Origin: Candidatus Nanopelagicaceae bacterium
Lineage (GTDB): Bacteria; Actinomycetota; Actinomycetes; Nanopelagicales; Nanopelagicaceae
Reading direction: 5' to 3'
Assembly (NCBI GenBank): GCA_947490625.1
Contig: CANLHC010000001.1
Span: 1 to 47,310 of the forward strand
Length of the DNA stretch: 47,310 bases
Positions 8,354-18,040 of the stretch are shown here, in pieces. The notes under the pieces are model-generated. The model did no database searches and had not been told where the DNA came from. It was given only the letters and a program-made list of their open reading frames with translations. Position 1 is the stretch's first letter, and each line of letters begins with the position of its first letter. A program made the position numbers and the translations under genes.

Positions 8354-9850
8354 ATGCAGATCAGCGCACTACATCCTGATATTGAATCAGTCTCTACCTC
8401 CGATGTAATTGTCATCAGTTACATCACCTTGCCAGCAGAGGGTGAGAGCGTCCCGGAAATTATCTTTAACGCTCACCCTGCACTAGTAAAGAAGATTGAA
8501 AAACTCTTCGCAGTGGACCTACGCGATGAACTCACCTTCTTCTCACCAACAGGCAAAGCAGGGGAACTCAGCGAAATCCCAGTGAGCGCACCAGATAGCG
8601 CGATCGAAAAAATCGTATTACTTGGCCTAGGGGATCAATCGCTGGCATCATTTAGAAGCGCGGGTGCGACCCTTGGAAGAAAAGTACGTGGCACCGATAA
8701 AAAGTTTGCAACGTTGGCACCGAACAAGCGTGATGAAATCATCGCATTTGCAACATCAGCCTTTCTTGGCCACTACACCTGGAGCCAAAAAACCACTCTC
8801 ACGGTGACACACCCTGAAATTGAAATTGTTGCCATTGATGCAGAACCCGTCGATTATGCGCGAACGATGGCAACTGCTATCTGTCGCGCTCGCGATCTCA
8901 TCCATACCCCTTCAAATATCAAAACTCCCTTATGGATGGCTAATCAGGCGCAAAATATTGCAAAAGAGAATGGGATTGAGATATCCGTACTTTCTGGTGC
9001 AGGACTCAAAGACTTCGGGGGATTGCGCGCGGTTGGTAATTCATCTCCACATCCAGGGCCGCGCTTTATTCACCTGACGTACAGCCCAAAGAATGCAAAA
9101 AGTTCTGCGCGTATTCCGCACGTTGTCATTATCGGCAAGGGCATAACCTTTGATACGGGTGGAATTTCCCTGAAGCGTCCGTACGACACCATGACTGCGA
9201 TGAAGAGCGATATGGCTGGCGCTGCCGCTGTTTTGGCGACGATTAGCGCTGTTGCCAAGCTTGGCGTAAAAGTAAAGGTCACCGCTCTGATGATGTGTGC
9301 TGAAAACGCGCTTTCTGGCACATCGCAGCGCCCTAGTGATGTCATCACGCACTACGGTGGAAAAACCGTCGAAGTGATTAATACTGATGCAGAAGGTCGC
9401 TTAGTTCTGGCGGATGGATTGGCATTTGCAGATGTAAATCTTGATCCTGATTACATCGTTGATATTGCAACACTTACCGGAGCAGCATCACTTGGTCTTG
9501 GTCGCCAGTATGCAGCGATGTATACGCGAAATAAAGCGCTTGCTCATACTTTGGCCGAGATCGGAGAACGTACTGGTGATCGCGTGTGGCATATGCCGCT
9601 CATTGATGATTACACCGATGGGTTAGAAAGCGACATTGCAGATTTGAATCACACCGCAGATAAGGGTCATTACGGAGCAGGGTCAGTTACCGCCGCCCTT
9701 TTCCTTGAGCAATTTGTTGGTCAGCGCCAGTGGGTTCACCTTGATATCGCCGGAACTGCTCGAAGTGAGAGTGATGCAGGAGAAAATCCCAAGGGTGGAA
9801 CTGGTTTCGGGGTGCGATTGCTCGTGGAGTGGCTAACATCCATCTCATGA
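8354..9850 (+). CDS. pepA: Leucyl aminopeptidase (peptidase M17)
   Basis: GKGITFDTGG, MKSDMAGAA, NTDAEGRL, DIATLTGA, HLDIAG. Confidence 0.93.
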   Translation: MQISALHPDIESVSTSDVIVISYITLPAEGESVPEIIFNAHPALVKKIEKLFAVDLRDELTFFSPTGKAGELSEIPVSAPDSAIEKIVLLGLGDQSLASFRSAGATLGRKVRGTDKKFATLAPNKRDEIIAFATSAFLGHYTWSQKTTLTVTHPEIEIVAIDAEPVDYARTMATAICRARDLIHTPSNIKTPLWMANQAQNIAKENGIEISVLSGAGLKDFGGLRAVGNSSPHPGPRFIHLTYSPKNAKSSARIPHVVIIGKGITFDTGGISLKRPYDTMTAMKSDMAGAAAVLATISAVAKLGVKVKVTALMMCAENALSGTSQRPSDVITHYGGKTVEVINTDAEGRLVLADGLAFADVNLDPDYIVDIATLTGAASLGLGRQYAAMYTRNKALAHTLAEIGERTGDRVWHMPLIDDYTDGLESDIADLNHTADKGHYGAGSVTAALFLEQFVGQRQWVHLDIAGTARSESDAGENPKGGTGFGVRLLVEWLTSIS

Positions 9851-10479
9851 TCAATCAGATTGACCCCCACTCATACGCCGAAGGCTTCATCGGCGAGAGC
9901 GTTGATAAGACTCAAGCGCGTAGTCGTGGCGCAGAAGTCGGAGCAGTTGATGTCACGCCTGGTGTTGGTGCATATCTTCGACACTTGGCACACATTCTTG
10001 ATGCGCAATCAGTTGTTGAGATCGGAACTGGCTCAGGTGTCGGTGCACTGTGGATTCTCGAAGGAATGCTGCCAAGCGGCACATTGACATCTATTGATGG
10101 AGAACAAGAACACTCAGCAATAGCAAAGATTGCGCTGCAAGATTCTCAGATCGCACAATCTCGTTATCGACTCATTACAAATCCTGCAATTGAAGTGATG
10201 ACAAAATTAGCTGATCGTGCCTATGACCTCGTGATCTTTAGAGATAATGCCGAAGATCTTCCTGACGCAATCATCGAGGCCTATCGCATCCTACGAAGCG
10301 GGGGAGTATTTGTTATTGATAACTTCTTTGGTGGGGCAAAGGTAAATGATCCGGCTCAGCGAGACCCAAAGACAATTGCACTTCGCGATGCGGGGAAAGC
10401 GTTAAAAGGCGATACCGAAAAGTGGGTGACCTCACTTATTCCAGTTGGCGACGGGCTGTTGCTCGCCACTAAGTTGTAG
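9847..10479 (+). CDS. SAM-dependent O-methyltransferase (Rv1220c-like)
   Basis: VEIGTGSGVG motif I, LTSID, PVGDGLL; ATGA overlap with the pepA stop. Confidence 0.88.
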   Translation: MINQIDPHSYAEGFIGESVDKTQARSRGAEVGAVDVTPGVGAYLRHLAHILDAQSVVEIGTGSGVGALWILEGMLPSGTLTSIDGEQEHSAIAKIALQDSQIAQSRYRLITNPAIEVMTKLADRAYDLVIFRDNAEDLPDAIIEAYRILRSGGVFVIDNFFGGAKVNDPAQRDPKTIALRDAGKALKGDTEKWVTSLIPVGDGLLLATKL

Positions 10480-10491
10480 AAAGATAGAACT

Positions 10492-11631
10492 ATGAGCCAG
10501 CAACCATCACAGCAACCCATGGGGACAGGTCCATGGTGGGTTCCATCATCTGCGCACGGAAAAGCGAAATTTGTAACGCGCTCTAATGCACTTTTGATGG
10601 CAGGAATTGCTGGATTAGTGGGCGCACTCTTTGGAGCTAGTTCATCTGGCTCTCTCTTTGGACATGAAATAAAGTTAACGTCGGTTTCATCATCGATTGA
10701 AAGGCCACCAGGATCAGTTGCCGATATCGCCCAACGCGTTCTGCCATCAGTAGTTTCTATTTCAGCACGCAGTGCACGCGGTGGCGGAACTGGAACAGGA
10801 TTTGTTATTGATAGCACTGGCTTCATCTTGACTAATAACCATGTGATATCAGATGCTGCAGTAGATGGTGGAAAAATCGAAGTACAACTCAACGATGGAA
10901 TAACGTTAGCTGCCACGATTGTTGGGCGTGACTCAGCTTATGATTTAGCTGTTCTCAAGGTAGATCGGACCGGACTCACCGCACTTACTTTTGGTGATAG
11001 CGATCAAGTTGCAGTGGGGGATGCTGTCATTGCCATTGGTTCTCCATTGGGTCTAAGCGGAACCGTAACGTTAGGAATTGTTAGCGCGAAAGATCGTGCA
11101 GTAACTGCCGGTGAAGATGCTGGAGATAACTCATACATCAACGCCATTCAAACAGATGCCGCGATCAATCCTGGAAACTCAGGCGGGCCTCTGGTTAATT
11201 CAGCTGGAGCAGTTATCGGTGTGAACTCAGCAATTGCAACGCTAGGAACTTCTTTTCTTTCATCACAATCCGGTTCGATTGGACTTGGATTCGCGATTCC
11301 CATTAATCAAGCTCGAAAAACTGCTGAGCAATTAATTAAGACAGGAAAAGCCACCTATCCTGTAGTCGGAATCTCAGTTGATATGCAGTATGCCGGAGAC
11401 GGTGCAAAAATTGCTGACACAAGAAATGCCATTGTTCCAGGAGGCCCTGCCTCACGAGCTGGTCTGCGTGCGGGAGATTTGATTACAAAATTTGACGGTC
11501 GAACCATCACAACACCTGAAGAGCTCATCGTTGCAATTCGCTCGAAGAATGTTGGCGATAAAGTTGAGATTGAGTACATCAGAGCAGAGAAAACTCTTAA
11601 AGCCACACTTACGTTGACGGCAGGTGAGTGA
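10492..11631 (+). CDS. htrA: Membrane-anchored HtrA/DegP serine protease with one PDZ domain
   Basis: TNNHV, DLAVLKV, QTDAAINPGNSGG, C-terminal PDZ; N-terminal TM helix. Confidence 0.93.
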   Translation: MSQQPSQQPMGTGPWWVPSSAHGKAKFVTRSNALLMAGIAGLVGALFGASSSGSLFGHEIKLTSVSSSIERPPGSVADIAQRVLPSVVSISARSARGGGTGTGFVIDSTGFILTNNHVISDAAVDGGKIEVQLNDGITLAATIVGRDSAYDLAVLKVDRTGLTALTFGDSDQVAVGDAVIAIGSPLGLSGTVTLGIVSAKDRAVTAGEDAGDNSYINAIQTDAAINPGNSGGPLVNSAGAVIGVNSAIATLGTSFLSSQSGSIGLGFAIPINQARKTAEQLIKTGKATYPVVGISVDMQYAGDGAKIADTRNAIVPGGPASRAGLRAGDLITKFDGRTITTPEELIVAIRSKNVGDKVEIEYIRAEKTLKATLTLTAGE

Positions 11632-11948
11632 TGTTTGATTTTGGCGTTGGCGAAGTTGCGGGACTTGTTGTTCTTGCACTCATTCTGGTTGGTCCAGAAC
11701 GTATGCCACGCGTCGCTGGTGATTTGGCAAGAATGATTAGAAAAGTTCGCGCTATGACCAATACGGCTACTGCCGAAATTCGGGAAAATCTTGGACCTGG
11801 ATTTGAGGATCTCACTCCGTCTGACCTGAACCCAAAAACATTTATTAAGCGACATGTTGCATCTGTTCTAGAAGAAGATGAGAAAAAAGAGAAGATGGCC
11901 TCCAAAGAGAGCGCTATCAAGCCCACGATTGATCCAGATCTTCTATGA
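11628..11948 (+). CDS. tatB: Sec-independent translocase subunit TatB
   Basis: MFDFGVGE, LVGPERMP, DLNPKTF; follows htrA as in other actinobacteria. Start GTG 11628 or ATG 11631. Confidence 0.88.
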   Translation: MMFDFGVGEVAGLVVLALILVGPERMPRVAGDLARMIRKVRAMTNTATAEIRENLGPGFEDLTPSDLNPKTFIKRHVASVLEEDEKKEKMASKESAIKPTIDPDLL

Positions 11949-13066
11949 GCGTTATTGAGGGAATCAACGCTGCCTTAGCAACCGTGCAAGATCCTGAACT
12001 CCATCGAGCACTGCCTGAACTTGGAATGGTCGAGCATGTTGGCTTCTCCAACGGTGTTGCAGATCTAACTATTTTGTTAACGATCTCGGGCTGTCCAATG
12101 AAAGATCGCCTGACAACAGATATCACTGGTGCTGTGAGCGCTGTCGAAGGCGTCAATGACGTTCGAATCACCTTTGGAGTGATGAGTGATGAAGGGCGCG
12201 CTGCAGTCAGAAAATTAGTGAGAGGCGGACGCGAAAAATTCATTCCTTTTGCTCAACCAGAATCTCTCACTCGTGTTATTGGTATCGCATCAGGTAAGGG
12301 TGGCGTTGGAAAGTCATCGCTGACTGCAAACTTGGCAGTTGCCGCAGCCAAGAAAGGCTTGCGCGTCGGAATACTTGATGCAGATGTATATGGACATTCG
12401 ATTCCGCGTTTAATGGGACTGTTGGGTGTGCGCCCCACTGCGATCGACCAAATGTTTATTCCCCCGGAAAGTTATGGCGTAAAGACAGTCTCGATGGAGA
12501 TGTTTAAGCCTGAGCGTGCAGATGCAGTTGCCTATCGCGGCCCCTTACTTCACCGCGTTCTGGAACAACTTCTCTCTGATGCGTATTGGGGAGATCTTGA
12601 TCTTCTCCTTCTTGATCTTCCGCCAGGAACTGGAGATCTAGCAATTTCACTAGGTCAGCTCATTCCTACCTCAGAAATTCTCGTTGTTACTACCCCTCAA
12701 GTAGCTGCCGCAGAAGTGGCAGAGCGCGCAGGAAGAATTGCGCACCAAATGCATCAACGCGTAATTGGTGTTATCGAGAACATGTCTGCCTTTATCTGCC
12801 CTACATGTAATGAATCGACAGAGTTATTCGGTTCAGGTGGGGGAGAAGAAACTTCGGCCCGGCTTTCAACACTAGTTGGTGCAGATGTACCTCTCCTTGG
12901 CAAAGTTCCATTTGCACCAGAGCTACGTACCGGTGGAGATTCAGGTGCACCAATTGTTCATGCTCAACCGGAGAGCCCTGCTGCTCAAGCAATTTCTAAT
13001 ATCGTGGATAAATTAATTATCCGCGAAAAGTCGTTACTTGGAGTCAGGCTCGGAGTTACTTCGTAA
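11945..13066 (+). CDS. mrp: Mrp/ApbC (NBP35) Fe-S cluster carrier ATPase with N-terminal DUF59
   Basis: DPEL..LTISGCP, SGKGGVGKS, DLPPGTGD, ENMS..CPTC. Confidence 0.93.
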   Translation: MSVIEGINAALATVQDPELHRALPELGMVEHVGFSNGVADLTILLTISGCPMKDRLTTDITGAVSAVEGVNDVRITFGVMSDEGRAAVRKLVRGGREKFIPFAQPESLTRVIGIASGKGGVGKSSLTANLAVAAAKKGLRVGILDADVYGHSIPRLMGLLGVRPTAIDQMFIPPESYGVKTVSMEMFKPERADAVAYRGPLLHRVLEQLLSDAYWGDLDLLLLDLPPGTGDLAISLGQLIPTSEILVVTTPQVAAAEVAERAGRIAHQMHQRVIGVIENMSAFICPTCNESTELFGSGGGEETSARLSTLVGADVPLLGKVPFAPELRTGGDSGAPIVHAQPESPAAQAISNIVDKLIIREKSLLGVRLGVTS

Positions 13067-13537
13067 CTCTCGGGCAATTCCTTTTGAAAGATTACCTAAT
13101 TCATCTTTGAGGTTTTCGCGCGTTGCTACATTGCCTAATGCAATACGAAGGCTGGCAAGTTCGCGGGTGAGATATTCAGTATCTGCCATGCTTCGATCAT
13201 TACGGGCACGATCTTCCGCGAGCGTGATGCGATCTCGATCTGCTTGACGATTTTGAGCAAGCAAAATAAGCGGAGCAGCATACGAGGCTTGTAGAGAAAG
13301 TATGAGTGTGAGAAAAATAAAAGGGAACTCATCAAAACGTAAACCATTCGGTGCCAAGGTATTCCACAGCACCCAAGAGAATACGAAAACCGTCATATAG
13401 ACCAAGAAACCGGCCGTTCCTAAGAATCGTGCAAATTTTTCAGAGAGACGACCAAAGGCTTCTGCATCAATATGTGGACGGATATTTCGGCGAGCCTCAC
13501 GAGGTGTGTCTAAGCCATTTTTGCGTGTCATATTCAC
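13034..13537 (-). CDS. DUF1003 membrane protein
   Basis: ARFLGT, FPFIFLTLILSLQASYAAPLILLAQNRQ; 4-nt overlap with the upstream CBS gene. Confidence 0.88.
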   Translation of the reverse strand: MNMTRKNGLDTPREARRNIRPHIDAEAFGRLSEKFARFLGTAGFLVYMTVFVFSWVLWNTLAPNGLRFDEFPFIFLTLILSLQASYAAPLILLAQNRQADRDRITLAEDRARNDRSMADTEYLTRELASLRIALGNVATRENLKDELGNLSKGIARELRSNSEPDSK

Positions 13538-14829
13538 ACCCTGCCTTTATCGTCAATAGTTATATTCTTTAAATCTGGACGCGTGTTATCTCTGTGATCT
13601 ACTCGCCAATTATCTGGAAGCAAGTGGTCGAGAACGTCATCCACTGTGACCGCACCAAGTAATCTCTCATTTGCATCAACGACAGGAACGCTCAATAAGT
13701 TATAGCTGGCAAGGTAAGAAGAGACCTCATTGAGGGTTGCTTCAGGGCTTAACCCTTGGGTATCGGTATCAACAAGTGAGGCAAGCAGAGTTGCTGGCGG
13801 CTCACGTAGCAACCTTTGATAATGAACCATTCCAACAAAGCGACCGGTAGGAGTTTCCAGCGGTTGACGCGTGACAAAAACTTGCGAAGCAAGCGCCGGA
13901 GAAATTTCACCTTGTCTGACAACAGCTAGCGCATCTGCCACTGTGTCATCGGCGCTCATAATGAGAGGCTCTGTTGTCATCATTCCACCCGCGGAGTAAT
14001 CCTCGTAGGTCATGAGTCGAAGAACATCTTCTGCATCTTCTGGTTCCATGAGATCGATCAACTCTTGTGCGCGTTCAGCGCCAACTTCGCGGAGAAGATC
14101 TGCCGCGTCATCGGGATCCATTTCACCAAGAACATCTGCAGCACGTTCACCTTCTAATTCAATGAGAAGGGCGACACGCTCGCTCTCATCCATCTCTTCG
14201 AGAACATCGGCAAGTCGTTCATCATCAAGTGCTCGTGCCACTTCAACGCGACGTTTAGGTGCCAAATCCTGAATGACGGCAGCTAAGTCAGCTGCACGCA
14301 GATTGCTAATAGTAGAAAGTAGTTGAGAGGTTCCCTGATCACTTTCCGGGGCTTCAAAGCCCCGAACTTCATCCCAGCGCAGAGTAGAGGAAGCACCTTT
14401 ACGACGAATTCCTTTTCCACGCTTCATCACGTGTACGCGAGTAATAAACCAGTCACCTGCTTTATTTGACTCCATACCTAGATCTTCAACAATGACATCT
14501 TCATTGCCATCAAGAATTACGATCGACTTGTTGAGTAGATCTCCAAGGACCAAGTGCTCTCCGACTCGAGATTCAAATCTGCGCATATTCACAATGCCAG
14601 TAATGACAACTGCTCCAGATTCAATCGAGGTAACTCGGGTTATCGGAACAAAAACTCGTCGGCGCAGAGGCACTTCGACTACTAAACCCAAGATGCGAGG
14701 AGGCTGGTTATTTGTGCGCAGGGTCGCAACAGCATCTCTGACCTTGCCAACTGGATCACCGTTTGGATCAAAAACGGCCGTTCCAGCTAACCTGGCGAGA
14801 AATACTCGACTAGTTGACTGCGTACTCAT
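13534..14829 (-). CDS. MgtE N-terminal/CBS-domain protein without the MgtE membrane domain
   Basis: PRC-like N-terminus, acidic repeats (MDPDDAADLL), SAGGMMT, CBS pair ending GAVTVDDVLD. Start ATG 14829, 6 nt after TATCCT. Confidence 0.88.
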   Translation of the reverse strand: MSTQSTSRVFLARLAGTAVFDPNGDPVGKVRDAVATLRTNNQPPRILGLVVEVPLRRRVFVPITRVTSIESGAVVITGIVNMRRFESRVGEHLVLGDLLNKSIVILDGNEDVIVEDLGMESNKAGDWFITRVHVMKRGKGIRRKGASSTLRWDEVRGFEAPESDQGTSQLLSTISNLRAADLAAVIQDLAPKRRVEVARALDDERLADVLEEMDESERVALLIELEGERAADVLGEMDPDDAADLLREVGAERAQELIDLMEPEDAEDVLRLMTYEDYSAGGMMTTEPLIMSADDTVADALAVVRQGEISPALASQVFVTRQPLETPTGRFVGMVHYQRLLREPPATLLASLVDTDTQGLSPEATLNEVSSYLASYNLLSVPVVDANERLLGAVTVDDVLDHLLPDNWRVDHRDNTRPDLKNITIDDKGRV

Positions 14830-14873
14830 GGGACAAGGATAACCCTGTTCCACACTTCAGATACCTTTGCTTA

Positions 14874-15776
14874 GTGTCCTCCATCGAAAACCATACGCAG
14901 ATTCCTCAGCGCCCTGATCTCTTTCGTTTAGGCCTTGGAACTCTCGGGATTGGTACGTCAGGACCGTTGATCGCACTGAGTGCCATGCCAGTGGTCGTCT
15001 TGATTTTCTGGCGAAATCTCGGTGGTGCACTGCTTACTCTGCCCTTTGCTGTGAAGGCTTTCGTCACACATGACTATAAATATCGCCGAGCTATGGCGCT
15101 ATCAGCGCTATCGGGAGTAGTCCTTGCCTTTCACTTCATTGGATTTTTTCTTGCGATGCGCTGGACATCGATTGCAGCGGGTACCGCCCTTGTTGCCCTG
15201 CAGCCAATATTTGCAGCGCTCATTGTGAAATTTTTGGGTGGTGATATTCCATCACGTGCATGGCTTGGAATGGGAATCGCTTTCATTGGCGTCATCATGA
15301 TTTCCGGAGTGGACTTATCTATCTCATGGCTTGCCTTCCAAGGCGACATCGCAGCAGTTATCGCGGCTGTTCTATCTGCAATTTATGTACTCCTTGGTTC
15401 TAAAGTACAAAGAGAGATTGGCACACATACCTACACGTCAATCTGTTATTTCTTCTGTGCAATTACCGCCTTGCCGATAGCGTTGGTTTTAGATTTTAAA
15501 CTTTTTGACTTTGAGCTGAGAGAGTGGCTCTTACTTCTGGCACTTATTGCAGGGGCTCAAATCTTGGGTCATTCAATGTTTAATGCAGCGCTTAAGAGAG
15601 TGTCACCTGCCATTGTTTCGCTCATAGTGTTTTTAGAAGTCCCAGTGAGTACACTCTTGGCTATCTGGTGGCTTGGACAAACCCCATCTATTGCACTTAT
15701 CCCCGGCATTATCGTGATTTTATCGGGATGTGTGTTGGTAGTTTTGCGAACACGTCCGACGGAAGTGGTGGCTTAA
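14874..15776 (+). CDS. DMT/EamA family permease
   Basis: About 10 TM helices in two repeats (FWRN, QPIFAA, QILGHS, LEVP). GTG start 6 nt after TACCTT. Confidence 0.87.
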   Translation: MSSIENHTQIPQRPDLFRLGLGTLGIGTSGPLIALSAMPVVVLIFWRNLGGALLTLPFAVKAFVTHDYKYRRAMALSALSGVVLAFHFIGFFLAMRWTSIAAGTALVALQPIFAALIVKFLGGDIPSRAWLGMGIAFIGVIMISGVDLSISWLAFQGDIAAVIAAVLSAIYVLLGSKVQREIGTHTYTSICYFFCAITALPIALVLDFKLFDFELREWLLLLALIAGAQILGHSMFNAALKRVSPAIVSLIVFLEVPVSTLLAIWWLGQTPSIALIPGIIVILSGCVLVVLRTRPTEVVA

Positions 15777-15778
15777 TT

Positions 15779-16624
15779 GTGATTGATTTACATACACATA
15801 CAACGAGCAGTGATGGAACAGATACTCCTCACGCACTTGTTAACAAGGCACTCTCTTCGGGAATTACAGTATTAGGTCTGACCGATCACGACTCAACATC
15901 AGGATGGGCTGAAGCGATTCGCGCGCTGAGACCAGGACTCACACTTGCACTCGGTGCGGAAGTCTCATGCCTGACAGAGGATGCGGTTGCAGTCCATATG
16001 CTGGGTCTGTTATTTGATGGCGAGAATCAGAAAATGCAAGTAATGCTAGAAGAGTCAAGAGATTCGCGATTGCCGCGGATGCGAAAAATGACAGAGTTAT
16101 TAAGCGCTGATGGAATAGATATTTCACTCGATGAAGTCTTTGCTGCAATGCCTGAAGGGGCAACGTTGGGCCGGCCACACCTTGCGGACGCTCTTGTCGC
16201 TAAAGGTCATGTGAAGAGCCGTGATGAAGCATTTGCCGAACTCTTGAATAATTCGTCCAAATATTATGTGACACATATTGCTCCTAGCCCCGAAGAAGCA
16301 ATTCGAGTGATTAGGCAAGCCGGTGGAGTTGCTGTCATTGCACATCCATTTGCCACACGACGTGGTCAGACGCTTTCAGCTATGAGCTTTCCATCATTAA
16401 TCGCTGCTGGGCTCAACGGAGTTGAAGTAGATCATCGTGATCACTCACAGGCAGAGCGGGAACAATTACGCGGTATCGCGCGTGAACTTGGTCTGGTTAT
16501 TACCGGTGCGAGCGACTATCACGGAACAGGTAAACTCAATCTCATGGGGGAGAACCTCACAGATCCACACCAGTGGGAAATTTTAGAGTCAATGGCAGAT
16601 GCTCGAAGGGCGGTCACTTCATGA
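15779..16624 (+). CDS. PHP-domain metal-dependent phosphoesterase (TrpH/YciV-like)
   Basis: DLHTHT..SDG, LTDHD, GRPHLADAL, AHP, SDYHG. Confidence 0.92.
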   Translation: MIDLHTHTTSSDGTDTPHALVNKALSSGITVLGLTDHDSTSGWAEAIRALRPGLTLALGAEVSCLTEDAVAVHMLGLLFDGENQKMQVMLEESRDSRLPRMRKMTELLSADGIDISLDEVFAAMPEGATLGRPHLADALVAKGHVKSRDEAFAELLNNSSKYYVTHIAPSPEEAIRVIRQAGGVAVIAHPFATRRGQTLSAMSFPSLIAAGLNGVEVDHRDHSQAEREQLRGIARELGLVITGASDYHGTGKLNLMGENLTDPHQWEILESMADARRAVTS

Positions 16625-17235
16625 ATATTGTTGAGGTAAGCGCACTCACCTTTGCTATTCAGTGCTTTGTCACCTTGTTTGTCATTATGGATCCACCGGG
16701 TGCGACCCCGATCTTCTTGGCTTTAGTTTCGGATAAATCTCCTAAAGAACGAATTCGTCTCGCTTGGCAGGCTGCAGCAATTTCTCTTGTCGTGATTGCA
16801 TCCTTTGCACTCTTTGGACAATTTGTGCTCGAGTATATGAAGGTCTCTATGGAGGCACTTCAGGCCGCAGGTGGGTTGCTCCTTCTCTATGTTTCACTTC
16901 AACTATTGACCGGACGTATTGACGAAATTGATGCATCGACAAATAAAAATGTTGCGCTAGTTCCATTGGGTACGCCGCTTCTGGCCGGTCCTGGAGCGAT
17001 CGTTGCAACTATGATCTTTGTGAAGCAAGTAGATTCACCTGCCTATGCCGTAGGCCTTATTGCAGCGGTGGTTGCAGTTCATATCACCATCGCAATCGCG
17101 CTTATGGCCTCGACAAAGATTCTTGCCATTATTAAAGATAGCGGTGTCACTCTTGTCGCGCGTATTGCAGGACTTCTCCTTGCTGCAATTGCGGTTCAGA
17201 TGCTCGCCGATGCGATCAAAATTCTTGCTGGATAG
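16621..17235 (+). CDS. MarC family membrane protein
   Basis: LFVIMDPPG, VPLGTPLLAGPGAI, RIAGLLLAAIAVQM. Confidence 0.92.
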   Translation: MNIVEVSALTFAIQCFVTLFVIMDPPGATPIFLALVSDKSPKERIRLAWQAAAISLVVIASFALFGQFVLEYMKVSMEALQAAGGLLLLYVSLQLLTGRIDEIDASTNKNVALVPLGTPLLAGPGAIVATMIFVKQVDSPAYAVGLIAAVVAVHITIAIALMASTKILAIIKDSGVTLVARIAGLLLAAIAVQMLADAIKILAG

Positions 17236-17239
17236 TCCT

Positions 17240-18040
17240 GTGACATACGATCCCCGCGGCATCTACTCTCCAGAAAACATTGTCTGGAAGATTCACAGCG
17301 ATCCATGCATGCTTATCGGTGGGCTACGCGCGCTCTTTGAGCAGGCTCTTCATCCAGTGGCTATGGCTGGGGTCGCAACACACTCAAACTTTCGTGAGGA
17401 TGCGTGGGGACGACTTGAACGCACTGGAGATTACGTAACAACTCTCACCTTTGGCACTACTGATGAAGCAACCCAGCTTGCAGCTCGAGTGCGACGTGTA
17501 CACACCAAGCTCGGCCTTGATAATCCGCATGAGTTGCTCTGGGTTCATATGGCGATGGTGGATTCATTTTTAGATACAGCGGTGCGTTCAGGCGTAGAAC
17601 TCAATGAGCGAGATCAAGATGATTATGTATTGCAGATGGTCGAATTTGCAGACCTTGTTGGTGTTCCACGAAGTGATGTTCCCACTTCACGCGCAGAGCT
17701 CGTCCAGTACTTTGACGGTATACGGCCAGAGCTCGAAGCAAGTGATGACGCGAAACGTGCGGCAATCTTCTTAGCGCTGCCACCGCTTCCGACACTTGTT
17801 CGATTTGCGACACCTGCTGCTCCGGCCTGGGCTGGAATAAGTGCTGTGGCAGCGGCAAGCCTTCCTCGTTGGGCACGCGATTTATATGGATGGCCGACAC
17901 TTCCGGGACAGTCGAGTGCGACAAATTTCTCTCTGCAGACAGTTCGAAAAACTCTCTCACTCGTACCTGAAGCTTTTATCGCCCCACCAATTTTTCTAGA
18001 AGGTAAGAAGCGTTGGCATAGTCAGTCGGTGAATGCATGA
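17240..18040 (+). CDS. MpaB/DUF2236 family oxygenase-like protein
   Basis: GGLRALFEQALHP, HSNFREDAWGRLERT, VRRVH, LLWVH; GTG start at 17240. Confidence 0.82.
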   Translation: MTYDPRGIYSPENIVWKIHSDPCMLIGGLRALFEQALHPVAMAGVATHSNFREDAWGRLERTGDYVTTLTFGTTDEATQLAARVRRVHTKLGLDNPHELLWVHMAMVDSFLDTAVRSGVELNERDQDDYVLQMVEFADLVGVPRSDVPTSRAELVQYFDGIRPELEASDDAKRAAIFLALPPLPTLVRFATPAAPAWAGISAVAAASLPRWARDLYGWPTLPGQSSATNFSLQTVRKTLSLVPEAFIAPPIFLEGKKRWHSQSVNA

